Below, one piece after another: positions 12,410 through 23,506 of a DNA stretch of 64,000 bases. Numbering within the stretch: the stretch's first letter is position 1; the number at the start of each line of letters is the position of its first letter. The notes beneath the pieces are model-generated. The model had not been told where the DNA came from. It saw nothing but the letters and a program-made list of their open reading frames with translations, and searched no databases. Source of the DNA: Torpedo marmorata (lineage: Eukaryota); the NCBI GenBank assembly GCA_977017645.1, contig OZ360221.1, positions 224,874,001 to 224,938,000 of the forward strand, given 5' to 3'. The translations under genes were made by a program, and so were the position numbers.

Positions 12410-12700
12410 TAGAAACATAGAAAATAACAGAAGGCCATTCAGCCCTTTGAGCCTGCTCCACTATTTAATGCAATCGTGATTGATCGTGTGACTTCAGTAC
12501 CCGCCTATTTGTGCGTTCACTCCATACCCCTTGATCCCTTGAGCCATGAGGGCCACATCCAACTCCCTTTTGAACACATCTAACAAACCGGCCTCAACAA
12601 CTTTCTGTGGCAGGGAGTTCCACGTTGACCACTCTATGAGTGACATTTCTCTTCATTCTCATTCTTAAAGGGCTTACCCCTTATTCTTCGACTGTGACCC
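12410..12700 (-). mobile_element. CR1 3' end fragment
   Basis: ggccattcagccctttgagcctgctccac 3' UTR motif homologous to 300-600. Confidence 0.7.
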
Positions 12701-12933
12701 TATGGTAAACCACTGTAAATACCTGTATATACGTTTATGGTCATCTGGACACGCCCCTTACTGACTGTACCTGTGGCTCCTCCCACAGACCCCTGAATAA
12801 AGGCTATTGTGCCACAGCTCCCTCCCCAGTCCAGCACAGACGACCACCAGGAGTGTACATCCATTCCAATGTGAATAAAAGCCTATCAGTTCTTGCCTAA
12901 CTTCTAGTCTTTGGAGTTATTGATGGTGCATCA
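12701..12933 (+). mobile_element. Solo LTR (233 bp), gypsy-type
   Basis: 5-bp TSD GACCC at 12696-12700 and 12934-12938; ends ...ATTGATGGTGCATCA; TATA-like gaataaagg and AATAAA; layout like the LTRs at 32579 and 36766; 5' TG reads TA. Confidence 0.75.
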
Positions 12934-13049
12934 GACCCTTTATTTGCAAAGGAACACGTTGCTGGTACTTTTCAGTTGTCATCACAGACCTTTCTCGGAA
13001 GATAAATTTTCTGGAAAGGGAATAGTACCAGTTTACTCTAGGTTCATGC

Positions 13050-13810
13050 TGGCTACAGAGGTTGTGACATTTAGAGGTATGAGGCTTCTACCTTCAATAT
13101 TGAAGAAGCCATGAATCGATGTTCTGCATGCTTCACTCTGCACCCCCTCTCCCCCCCCCCCCCACCCTCCTCTCCAATGGCAGGTAATCTGGACCTCTAT
13201 TCCATTCCATTTTAACTGACCTTCCCATTCCCACACAGATCTATCTGTCCTGGGCCTTCTCCACTGCCAGTGTGGACAACACTAAGTATTCTGTCTGGGC
13301 AATCTACTGCCCAATGGTAGGAACAGTGACTTTTCTAATTTCAGTAATTGGTCCTCTTTCTCTTCTTCTGTACCCCTTCTGCTCTTTCCTTTCTCAACTT
13401 ATTTGTCCCCTTCCCTACCACCCTCGCCCATTCTCATCCCCCCTCTTTGGTTCACCCCACAAGACCTTTCCACACTCTCCTTGTTTTTCTTCCCCTCCAC
13501 CTCCTTCCCTACCTTCCCCCACCCACATTTTGGTCCCATCTATTCTCTCTTTCTGCCACCATCATCGCCTTCTCTATTATCAGATTCCTGCACTGACAGC
13601 CTTTGCCTTCCAATCATCCACTCCACCCTATATGACTCTTCTTGTTCCACATGACACTCTCTGCCTGTGTCCGACATATTTTCACCTCTGCCTGGTTTCC
13701 CCAAATGTCGGTCATTCTTTTTCTCCCACTGATGCTGTTTGTCCCGCTGAGTTTCTCAGATTGTGTTTGGCTTCAGATTCCAGCATCTGCAGTCTCCCGT
13801 GTGTCTCCAC
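13050..13810 (+). mobile_element. Degenerate Penelope-like fragment (GIY-YIG end and tail)
   Basis: Decayed ...HFN..SHSHTDLSVLGLLHC..., pyrimidine tract, tail gatgctgt..cgctgagtt..ccagcatctgcagtc. Confidence 0.6.
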
Positions 13811-14972
13811 CTTCACCAGAATATCTACCACAATTTAAGAGGGTAGCTGATCATCATAAAGGCAATGAAAGATGGACAATAAATGCTGGCTTTTACAGCA
13901 CAGTCCATGTCCTGTAAACACGTCAAGAAATGAGCATCAAAGACTGTGATATTATTGAATGATGGGGTAAACTTGAAGCTGTATGTTTCTTATCTTTGTA
14001 TGTACAGGTCTTTAGAACTGACAGATGAGGAAGGTCTTGCTATGTTGCAAGCTGTCACAAAGGTTAATAAATTCAAAAGATAGTGTGTCTGGACCCAGAG
14101 GAAATATGGGAGCTTTAAAACTATCTGTATCAGTAGGCTAGCACAGCGTGACTTATCTAATGAGCTGTCACATCCTCAGCTTTGCACATTGTGCCATGTC
14201 AGATGTTTTCCGTGCAGGTCCCGGGGACACGTTGTGCTTTGTCACCAGAAATTGGGACAGTGACAGATGGCCTAAAAAAACTGGGAACTAGGAATTGCTT
14301 GGACTGAGCATATATAACAGCAGAAGTAATGACCATGCAACAATGACTGTGGAGTTGGATTAATGTTTCCCACTCACCAATATCATTGATCATTGACTCG
14401 TTAAAATGTGCTTTAAATGCAAGTATTTTATGCAGAACTTTGTACTGCGTTACACTGCTTTATTTGCTACCTCGCTAGAAAAGATGTTTTAAAATTTTGT
14501 CTCCGGGTAAACGGTCCAAAACCAATTGCAAGGAGGCAATAAAAAGGGCAAAATCTCCAGGTAACTTCCTGTTTTAATATAATAGTTTGATTGAAAAATA
14601 TTTTGCTGAGTTTTAGTGTTGACGCTCACAGCCTTGAGGAAATTGCTGTAATTGTGCAGCCAGACGATGCAGCCATTTTTGCGAACTGTTTTTGTGGTGC
14701 TTTCTGCCTGTGTTTTATGTGGCTGCAAACTCTCTGTTCCCTCACCACCATTTCCTGCCCCTTTCTCCTGTTAAACCGGAACAGGAGCAACTTTGACCCT
14801 TAGCTCTGTTTCGGACCACACATCCATGCCATCATTATTTCTACCTTGATAAGATTACCAATTCACCCCTTCCTTGGCTTATATGCTGTTGACATATTGG
14901 TTACTTATAGATTAGACTAATTCTGGCCAGCATTCCTCATTCTCCTTCTTGTAAGCTTCAGGATATTGTTTG

Positions 14973-15610
14973 TACAGGTGCTTATCCTTTTATCCGGAAT
15001 TCCGAAAACCGAACATTTTTTCCTTGGATGTCAGGTGCTCACCAAACATGAGCTGACGCGACCTACACTTAACTCACGCTTGAAAATCCCGTGTCGGTCC
15101 ACGTCGGTAGTTAGTGGAACGTTGGGGAGGCGGCCTCCTGGCAGCAGCGGAGACGTCGTACAGGTACAGACGCCGCTGCAACCCCCCCCCACCCCCCTTC
15201 CTTGTCCAGCACTGCCGCAACCCTCACCCCCTTGTCCAGCACCTCCGATTTGGAACGCATGCGCAGATTGCCATCGCTGGGGAGGGAGAGAGATTGAAGA
15301 GGGAGAGAACGCGACGGAAATATGTGCATGTGTTCCAAATGACAGCGCAGGAGCGACGCCGGCGTCGGCCTCCCGGCAGGAGCAACATCAGTAAGATCGG
15401 GGACGGCGTCGGCCTCCCGGCAGGAGCTGCACTGGCAGGAGCGGGGACGGCGTCGGCCTCCCGGCAGGAGCAACGCCAGCAAGAGTGGGGATGGCATCGG
15501 CATCCCGGCAGGAACGTCAGCGGCAAGAGCGGGGACAGCGTCAGCCTCCCGGCAGGAGTGACACTGGCAGGAGCGGGGACGGCGTCGGCCTCCCGGCAGG
15601 AGCAACACCG
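14973..15610 (+). mobile_element. Left end of a Tigger/pogo-like non-autonomous element (no right TIR found)
   Basis: TA|CAGGTGCTTATCCTTTTATCCGGAATTCCGAAA, similar in style to the MITE at 5773; GC-rich body. Confidence 0.5.
15356..15610. repeat. GC-rich minisatellite, six copies with a 44-bp period
   Basis: Core cggcctcccggcagg (with variants) starts at 15366, 15410, 15454, 15498, 15542 and 15586. Confidence 0.92.
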
Positions 15611-17658
15611 GCCCCAGTAAGACCACTTGTCTGAACCGAGGTTATAACATTATTTTCTGTTGTTTCCTTTTCCAATTCCTTGTTTCTGTTATGGATATGC
15701 AAAATTCTAGGATGTTTCAAATTGCATATGTTACAATTAATTCGCTTCTCGCAGTTTTTACTGATGTGTCCTTTACACAGACAGCTAAAACATATTCCAT
15801 TTTCCTTTAAGAAAGCGATCTTTTCCTTATGTTCCTTCTTTTCCAATCGTAAACACATTTCCAAAGCATGTCCACCTTTACAGAACAAACAACACTTTTT
15901 ATCAGGCAAACTTTCCTTTTCCTTATTTACTTTGTCATTTTCTTTACTTATAACTTGCACATTAGTAGCAAAAGTACTCCTTTTCACTTTCGGACTAGAC
16001 TGTGTGTTAAACTTCCTTACATCTTTGCCCATTGAATTATCTCTGGTATTTCCATATAGTGGATCTGTTTCAACGTACACCCGTCGTTCAAGAAAATTTA
16101 CCAAATCCTTTAAGGTAATTTTTCGACCGTAATCTACTTGTAAATCACAAGCCAAATTTCTCCATCTATCCCATAACTTGTAAGGTAATTTTTCTAAGAT
16201 GATTCGCATATTACTATGCACATCCAGCTCACGAATATTATCGATTTCTTCCATAGCATTACAACATCCTCTTAAAAACAGAGTATACTCTTGCAGAGCT
16301 TTTACATCATTTTGTTTTATTGATGTCCATTTAAGAGCTTTATCCATATAAGCTAAAGCAATTCGATGCTTGTTGCCAAAATATTGTTCCAGTAAAGCCT
16401 TAGCTTTGTCTAATCCTCTTTCTGAAGACATTTGTTTACAACTCTTTACCAGTTCTTTTGGATGTCCCTTTGTGAACATTTCCAAATAATAAAGACATTC
16501 ATCACGATCTTGGCATTTATCTTCAATATTGCGTTTGAAAGATCTCATAAATGATTGATATTGAAGTGGATCACCATCAAAAGTTTGTATCTCTTTCTTG
16601 GGTAAAGAAGAGAGAGACTGTAACTGAAACAATGATGCAGCAATTTCATTTTGTCTTTCCTTGGATGACAATACATTGCTCTGTTCACCATTTCTTGTTG
16701 CATGCAATGTATCTGGAAACCTCACTGGTGTAGTTTCTTCAATATTTCTGATTCTTGACTTAAATAACAAAGAAGCTGCTTCGTTCGACCGAACCCAAGC
16801 CGCAGCTTTGCTTTCAGATGTTACCGTTGGTACATGTGACTCGATATCAATATGTTCTTGAAAGGTTTGTCCTTGTATATGTAAGTTTTGTATCCTTGGT
16901 TCTAAAATATCTATCCTTTTAGTTGGTTTCTTTTCCTGTGACTTTTTAAAATATGACCTTTTATTATCAGACACTTTAGATAATTTACTTCTAGCACCAG
17001 ATACCATTGAGCCTTCTATTGCTTTCTTTTTTGCCTGGGCAATAACAATATTTGCTTCCATCTCCTGCTGTTCTTTTCTCTGCCTTAGCTGCTCCTGCAT
17101 TTGTCTTAGCTGCTTCTCCTGTCGTTCTAAAATATGTTTATCCTTAAGCGTTTTTTGTTGTGCAAAAAGAGCGGCCAAGTCCACTTCAATCTTTGTACGT
17201 GACGATGCAGAAATTGAAGTACGAGAAACTCTGGAGCTCGAACCAGAACTTCTTTTGCTTCTCCTGCTTTCAGCATTTGAGATACTGTCACTTGCTTGTA
17301 TTTCGTCCTGCAGTTCATATGTTGTCTTCATACTTACCTTTTTATCCAATTCAAATTGTATATCCTTTGCATCTTCAACCACTTTAATTTCTTCATCATT
17401 TGTTGACACAATTTCAGCCATTTCCAAGTTATCATCTTGTTCATTTAATGAAGCTGCCTCTTCATCGTTTGCCTGCTTCAATCTTTCGATAAGAACCCTT
17501 TTATTTCCTCTTATGTCCTTTTTCAGTCGCTTCAATTCTTCCTTAATATCCGCAACCTTCATGTCTTCAATACGTTGGTCCTCAACAGCAACATCAGCGG
17601 TTGCTGCGTCAGCTGCTGATATATCAGTAGCTGCTGTATCAGTGGCTGCTGCGGCCAT
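15541..17658 (-). CDS. BEL/Pao retrotransposon Gag (SAP-like N-terminus, coiled coil, DUF1759-like capsid, Cys/His knuckles), truncated before the protease
   Basis: Uninterrupted ORF; probable ATG at 17658 (aaaATGGCC); LPKKEIQTFDGDPLQYQSFMRSF; CLFCKGGHALEMC, CFSCLCKGHISKNC, CNICNLKHPRILH; GLTGAG then read-through into the minisatellite. Confidence 0.85.
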   Translation of the reverse strand: MAAAATDTAATDISAADAATADVAVEDQRIEDMKVADIKEELKRLKKDIRGNKRVLIERLKQANDEEAASLNEQDDNLEMAEIVSTNDEEIKVVEDAKDIQFELDKKVSMKTTYELQDEIQASDSISNAESRRSKRSSGSSSRVSRTSISASSRTKIEVDLAALFAQQKTLKDKHILERQEKQLRQMQEQLRQRKEQQEMEANIVIAQAKKKAIEGSMVSGARSKLSKVSDNKRSYFKKSQEKKPTKRIDILEPRIQNLHIQGQTFQEHIDIESHVPTVTSESKAAAWVRSNEAASLLFKSRIRNIEETTPVRFPDTLHATRNGEQSNVLSSKERQNEIAASLFQLQSLSSLPKKEIQTFDGDPLQYQSFMRSFKRNIEDKCQDRDECLYYLEMFTKGHPKELVKSCKQMSSERGLDKAKALLEQYFGNKHRIALAYMDKALKWTSIKQNDVKALQEYTLFLRGCCNAMEEIDNIRELDVHSNMRIILEKLPYKLWDRWRNLACDLQVDYGRKITLKDLVNFLERRVYVETDPLYGNTRDNSMGKDVRKFNTQSSPKVKRSTFATNVQVISKENDKVNKEKESLPDKKCCLFCKGGHALEMCLRLEKKEHKEKIAFLKENGICFSCLCKGHISKNCEKRINCNICNLKHPRILHIHNRNKELEKETTENNVITSVQTSGLTGAGVAPAGRPTPSPLLPVSLLPGG

Positions 17659-18107
17659 TTTACTCGTCTTGTTCCTCTTTCCTTCAAGCATACACAACAC
17701 TAGCCAAACAACAGTCCCCAATGGACCAGCGGCAGCAATTCCAATCTGTGTTCTTACTTGCTAAAGATACACTGAAGGAGTCCACAGACTTATGCTTACC
17801 ACTTCAAATGACTTTAATGTGCTGCAATCCACAAACGAGTTTCAACCACAACATCCGTCACTAATATCATTGATTTTCCAAAAATAGTTTCTCCAACGGA
17901 TTTATAGGACACTTTACTATAAGATTTGAAGCTTTAAATCCCTCTCTGGCTGTTATTCATGGCAGTGGTTGTGGATTACAAACTGCCCCCAACTCGAGGC
18001 ATCTTCAAGATGGCCACCATTTTATATCAGTCCCAAGCACAGAGAGATTTTTTTTTCTATCTTCTTTCTTTCAAACTTCTGTTCCAAACAGCCAACTCTT
18101 TATTGAC

Positions 18108-18640
18108 TATATAGATTGCGGTGACTTCGATCCAACGTTGGTCACCTGGAGGCTAAGTGTGGTCCTTGTCTTTGACGCGTTTCAATCAATTTACTAACAA
18201 CGTCCAATATGTTCAAAAAAACTTTATTTACACGAACTTGCAGTAATCTTCTATGACTTTAATATAAACAGTTCTTGAAATGATGCAAAACGCTGTAAAA
18301 CGATATAAAACAATGTAAAAAGATCTAAAACGATCAATAAAGATGTGGAGACCTCACTCACCCTCCTAACATCTCTTTCCTATCCTATTTTCTAGAAAAT
18401 TCCCGAATGCACCGTCCCTAAAACCACTGCGCACCCTGCCCCGCGCATACTACAATTCCCAGACTGCCCCGCGCCCAATGGCGTCACTCCACACTGCGCG
18501 TGCGCCCGTCGGCACTCCAGCGCATGCGCAGAGCACAGAACGGGCCGAGGACGGCCCGACGGACAACGCGAGCGCTCCGCAAGCCGACGAGGCGCCGGAG
18601 CGCCGCAGCAAGGTAAGTTAACGAGCCTACGGCTCTTACA
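18108..18640 (-). mobile_element. BEL/Pao 5' LTR (inner boundary approximate)
   Basis: Begins TGTAAGAGCC on minus at 18640; GC-rich U3; minus-strand AATAAA at 18223-18228; lies upstream of BEL gag in the same orientation. Confidence 0.65.
18425..18620. promoter_or_regulatory. CpG-rich promoter-like segment with ZNF143-type, NRF1 and CCAAT motifs
   Basis: ACTACAATTCCCAG 18449-18462; CCAAT 18475-18479; TGCGCGTGCGC 18495-18505; GCGCATGCGCA 18520-18530; dense CpG. Confidence 0.65.
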
Positions 18641-18737
18641 GGTCTCGTTGCGGGATTTGAATCAAAATCCATCTTGGTAATTGAAGGAATCCCAGTTTGG
18701 TTTAAGGCATTCCTTTTGTAAAGCTAATTAAAAGATA

Positions 18738-20993
18738 GTGTGTGTGCAACAAAAAACCAGCAACAATGGATGTAGAACATTTTTTGGATCACCTGAACCT
18801 GATACTTTAAAAAAGGCGAAAAAGGAACAGTTAGTGGCTATAGCAACAGAGTTGGGCATTGCTTCTGTAAAACCATCTATGAAAAAGGCAGAGATTTGGA
18901 GAAAAATTGTCAAATACTATATAAAAGAAAAAAAATTTGAGGAGAGCGTGTTAGAGCAGTTTCCCAAGGGTAAACCTTCTGAAAACATACAGTTGGAATT
19001 AAAGAAATTGGAATTGGAGGCAGCCAGAGAACAAAAGAAATTAGAATTGGAGGCAGACAGAGAACAAAAGAAATTAGAATTGGAATTGGAACAAAAGAAA
19101 ATAGACATGGAATTGGAAATAAAGAGACACGAGAACGATGAGAGAAATAGGAGATATATGCTGGAAAAGATAAAGTTGGAAAATGAGAGGAGACAAGAAG
19201 AGCGCCAAGATCAAATTCGTCATCCTGCTGAGGGGTTTTTGGCTAGTAGAGAAGTTAGGTTGGTTCCTCCATTTGAGGAGGCAGAAATAGATAAGTACTT
19301 CCAACATTTTGAGAAAGTGGCTGTGAAATTAAAATGGCCACAAGACCAATGGTCTCTTATGTTGCAAAGTGTAATAAAAGGAAAAGCTCAGCAAGCTTAT
19401 TCTACTCTCACCACAGAGCAAGCTGCTGATTATGAAACGGTGAAAAAGGCTATACTCCAGGCTTATGAGTTAGTTCCAGAGGCTTATAGACAGAAGTTTA
19501 GAAATTTAAAAAGAACAGCAACCCAATCTTATACAGAGTTTGCCTATGAAAAGGTTGTGTGTTTTGACAGGTGGTGCACATCTAAGGCAGTAAACAATGA
19601 TTACAATCAATTGAGAGAATTGATAATAATTGAGGAGATAAAAAGGTGTGTTCCTGAGGATATTAAGGCCTACTTAGATGAAAAGGAGGTGAAAACTTGG
19701 CAAAATTCAGCTAAGTTAGCAGATGAATATGCTTTAACCCACAAGCCTAAGTGGACGTCAGGTAGAATTTTCCAAAAGGTCACGGTGGATAATCAGAAGC
19801 AAGTGGAAAGTAAATTTGGAAGTGGTGTTAAGGAAAGGGATGAAGGAAAGTGGAAAAGGGAAAACAATTCGGGTCCCATTTGCCACTACTGTAGGAAGGC
19901 TGGTCATATGCTAGCAAGCTGTCCAGTGTTGAAAAAGAAGAGAGAAAAGGATGCAACACCTAATGCTTGTATTCAGAGTGAGAAGATGCATAACACCCAG
20001 GAAGGAGATAAATTTACTGACAAAGTTAAAGATGTATTTAAACCTTTTGTGACTGATGGTTTTGTTTCAGTTAAGGCAGGATCAAAACAAGTTCCAGAGA
20101 AAATCTTGCGAGATACTGGAGCTGCTCAGTCACTTGTGTTAGATAGTGTCTTGGAATTTTGTGAAGCTACTGACACCGGTGACATAAATTTAATTAAAGG
20201 AATTGGTGGTGAGGTAGAGTCCATTCCTTTGCACAAAATAGTATTGAACTCAGACTTGGTGGAAGGACCAGTTATAATAGGAGTGAGATCAGAGTTGCCA
20301 GTAGAAGGAGTCTCACTGTTGTTAGGCAATGACTTGGCCAAGGGTAAAGTAGTTCCTGCAGTGCGAATGACCACTAAGCCAGTCATTGATAAGTCAGAGA
20401 AAGACTCTGATATTTATCCGGCATGTGCCATAACCAGGGCCATGTCTAAGAAAAATATCACTGTAGAGAAGGCAGTGGAAAATAACTTGGTAAAAGAAAA
20501 AGACACTGATAATCAAGAAAACCTGGAAAAGGTTGAGCAATCTCCTATATTACACCCATCCACTGATAAGACACCTAAAGGCACAGATTTGTCACTATCC
20601 GGACAGGAGTTAATAGCAAGGCAAAAGGACGATCCTGATCTTGCTGAGGTGAGGGATAAGGTTCTCTCTGAAGAGGAGATTAAAAAGGTGCCAGTAGGTT
20701 ATTATGAAAAAGATGGGGTGTTGATGAGAAAGTGGAGACCACGTGATGTTCCTGCCAATGAAGAATGGGCAGTAGTGCAGCAGGTTGTGATCCCTAAAGT
20801 ATATAGGGATGAAATAATAACTTTGGCTCATAGCACACCCTTAGGTGGTCACCTTGGGGTGAAGAAAACTATACTGAAGATAATGAAACAATTTTATTGG
20901 CCCAGTTTGAGAAGGGAGGTTGTAAGCTTTTGCCGGGCCTGTCACATTTGTCAGGTGGTGGGTAAACCTAATCAGGGTCCCTGCTTTCAGTGA
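18738..20993 (+). pseudogene. Gmr1-like gag (SCAN-like capsid, CCHC) - protease - integrase zinc finger; likely ancestral ATG at 18766 is out of frame
   Basis: VRLVPPFEE..YFQHFEKVA..LKWP; AYELVPEAYRQKFR; CHYCRKAGHMLASC; ILRDTGAAQS; AHSTPLGGHLG...CRACHICQ. Confidence 0.9.
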
Positions 20994-23374
20994 GCCTTTC
21001 TCGAGAGTAATTGTGGACTGTGTTGGCCCATTGCCCAAAACCAAAGCGGGGAATGAGTATTTGTTAACAATTATGTGTGCAGCCACCAGATTTCCAGAGG
21101 CCATTCCTCTGAGAAACATAAAAGCAAAGTCAATTGTCAAGGCTATGGTAAGGTTTTTCACCTTGGTAAGTTTGCCAAGGGAAATTCAATCAGATCAGGG
21201 CAGTAATTTCATGTCAGGCGTTTTCCAACAAGTGGTTGATGGACTAGGAGTTAAACAGATTGTATCCTCTGCGTACCATCCAGAAAGTCAAGGTGCCTTG
21301 GAGAGGTTCTATTCGACTTTGAAAACCATGATTAGAACCTATTGTTGTGAGAAGGAAAAGGATTGGGTTGAGGGGTTCATTTGTTATTATTTGCAGCGAG
21401 GGAGTCTGTCCAAGACTCACTTGGTTTTAGTCCATTTGAGTTAGTTTTCGGACATGAGGTGAGAGGTCCTTTAAGATTATTAAAAGAACAGTGGATTAAT
21501 CGTGATGTGCATTTAAATCTGTTAGATTATGTTTCCAAATTTAAGGATCGATTGCATAGGGCTTGTGAGATGGCAAAGGAGAATTTAAAGGCCACTCAAC
21601 AGAGAATGAAGGTTTGGTATGATCGAAAGGCGAAGATGAGAACTTTTAAACTTGGTGAGAACGTATTAGTTCTGTTTCCCATCCATTCAAATCCTCTTAG
21701 GGCTAGATTTTCAGGACCCTATAGAGTTAAGTCAAAAATTAATGATGTCACCTATGTCATAGAATCACCTAATCGCAGACGAGACACACAGGTCTCTCAT
21801 GTGAATATGATTAAGCCATATTTTGAACAGGTGCCACACAAAGGGACTGAAAATGTACCAGAGGTATTGGTTATTGATCAGGGTAAGGAGGAGATAGATG
21901 AAACCAGTTTCAGAGAGGGTCATGGGACGCAGAAATTGATAAGCCCGAGGTTGGAAAATTCCATGATTTTGCGCAATCTGGAGACAAAGTTGGCTCATCT
22001 GAAAACTTCAGAAAAGGAAGAGATGAGTCAGTTATTTTTAAAATTTATAAGTTTATTTCCTGATGTGCCTCAGAAAATTTCCATCGCTTATCATGATGTG
22101 GATGTAGGAGATGCAAGACCGATAAAACAGCATCCCTATCGAATCAATGCGGAAAAGTGCAAACTGGTAGATCAGGAAATTGACAACATGGTAAAGAAGA
22201 ATATCATTCGAAAGTCTACTTCCAATTGGAGTTCCCCTTGTGTTCTAGTGCCGAAGCCTGATGGAACGGTTAGGTTTTGCACTGATTATAGGAAAGTAAA
22301 TGCTGTAACCAAGACAGATGCTTATCCTATTCCTAGAATAGACGATTGTATAGACAAGTGGGGAAGGCTAAATTTCTTACAAAAATTGACTTATTAAAAG
22401 GATACTGGTGTGTTCCTTTGACAAAAAGGGCTAGGGAGATTTCTGCATTCGTAACACCTTTTGGGCTGTATGAGTATAATGTTATGCCTTTTGGTATGAA
22501 GAATGCTCCAGGAACATTTCAGAGAATGATTAATTCAGTAATTCAAGGGTTGAAAAACACAGGTGCTTACATTGATGATTTAATTGTAAGTAGTGAGACC
22601 TAGGAAGAGCATGTCTTTGAGCTAAAACAATTGTTCAAACGACTGTCCAAAGCAAAACTCACAGTTAATTTAAGTAAAAGTGAGTTTGGACATGCTACTG
22701 TTATTTATCTGGGTTATGTTGTAGGACAGGGGCAGTTGGCGCCAGTAGAGGCAAAGGTTGTCGCTATTTCCGAGTTCCCTGTTCCAACTGGTAAGAAAAC
22801 TCTGAGGAGGTTCCTGGGAATGATTGGCTACTACCGCAACTTCTGTAAAAACTTTGCTGATCTTGCGCTCCCTCTCACAAATTTGCTTAGAAAGAAAGAA
22901 AAATTTGTATGGTCAACAGGTTGTCAGGAAGCATTTGTCAAATTGAAAGCCATGTTATGCCACCAACCTGTGCTTAAGTCACCTAATTTAGAACAGTCGT
23001 TTTCTTTAGCTGTGGATGCCAGCGATGAAGCTGTGGGTGCGGTGCTCTTACAGAAGAAGAACGAAGAGGACATTGACCATCCGGTATCCTACTTCTCGAA
23101 AAAGTTCAATGATCATCAAAGGAATTATTCAACTATAGAAAAAGAGTTGTTGGCTCTTGTGTTGGCTCTACAACACTTTGATGTGTATATCTGTACAGCT
23201 CAAAAACCACTCATAGTGTATACTGACCATAATCCATTGGTTTTTCTTTGTAAAATGAAAAATAAGAATCGACGGTTGTTGAATTGGTGTCTAATTTTGC
23301 AAGAATATAATTTGGTAATCACTCATATAAAGGGGAAAGATAATGTAATTGCTGATTGTCTTTCTAGATGTTAA
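20994..23374 (+). pseudogene. Gmr1-like integrase core, RT and RNase H, broken by frameshifts and a stop
   Basis: DCVGPLPKT, IQSDQGSNF, HPESQGALER; PIKQHPYR, RFCTDYRKVN, MPFGMKNAP, AYIDD; LAVDASD, YSTIEKELLA, TDHNPL, NVIADCLSR. Confidence 0.92.
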
Positions 23375-23506
23375 ACTTTATCAATGAAAATAGTTCATAT
23401 TTTGTATTTGTGGATGAACATTGTAGATTTTGTTTATATTCTGACACCTCAATTACTTTCCTAAATTTTGTTCATGCAGACCAAAATTTCCTTTGTGGGT
23501 GGGAGG

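Noticed and set aside
13272-13917. Cluster of overlapping Pro/Ser/Leu-rich ORFs
   Set aside because: Pyrimidine-rich low-complexity Penelope tail
15356-15610. Regularly spaced repeat with variable linkers resembling a CRISPR array
   Set aside because: Linkers are about 13 bp and similar to each other, the context is eukaryotic and there are no cas genes; it is a 44-bp minisatellite
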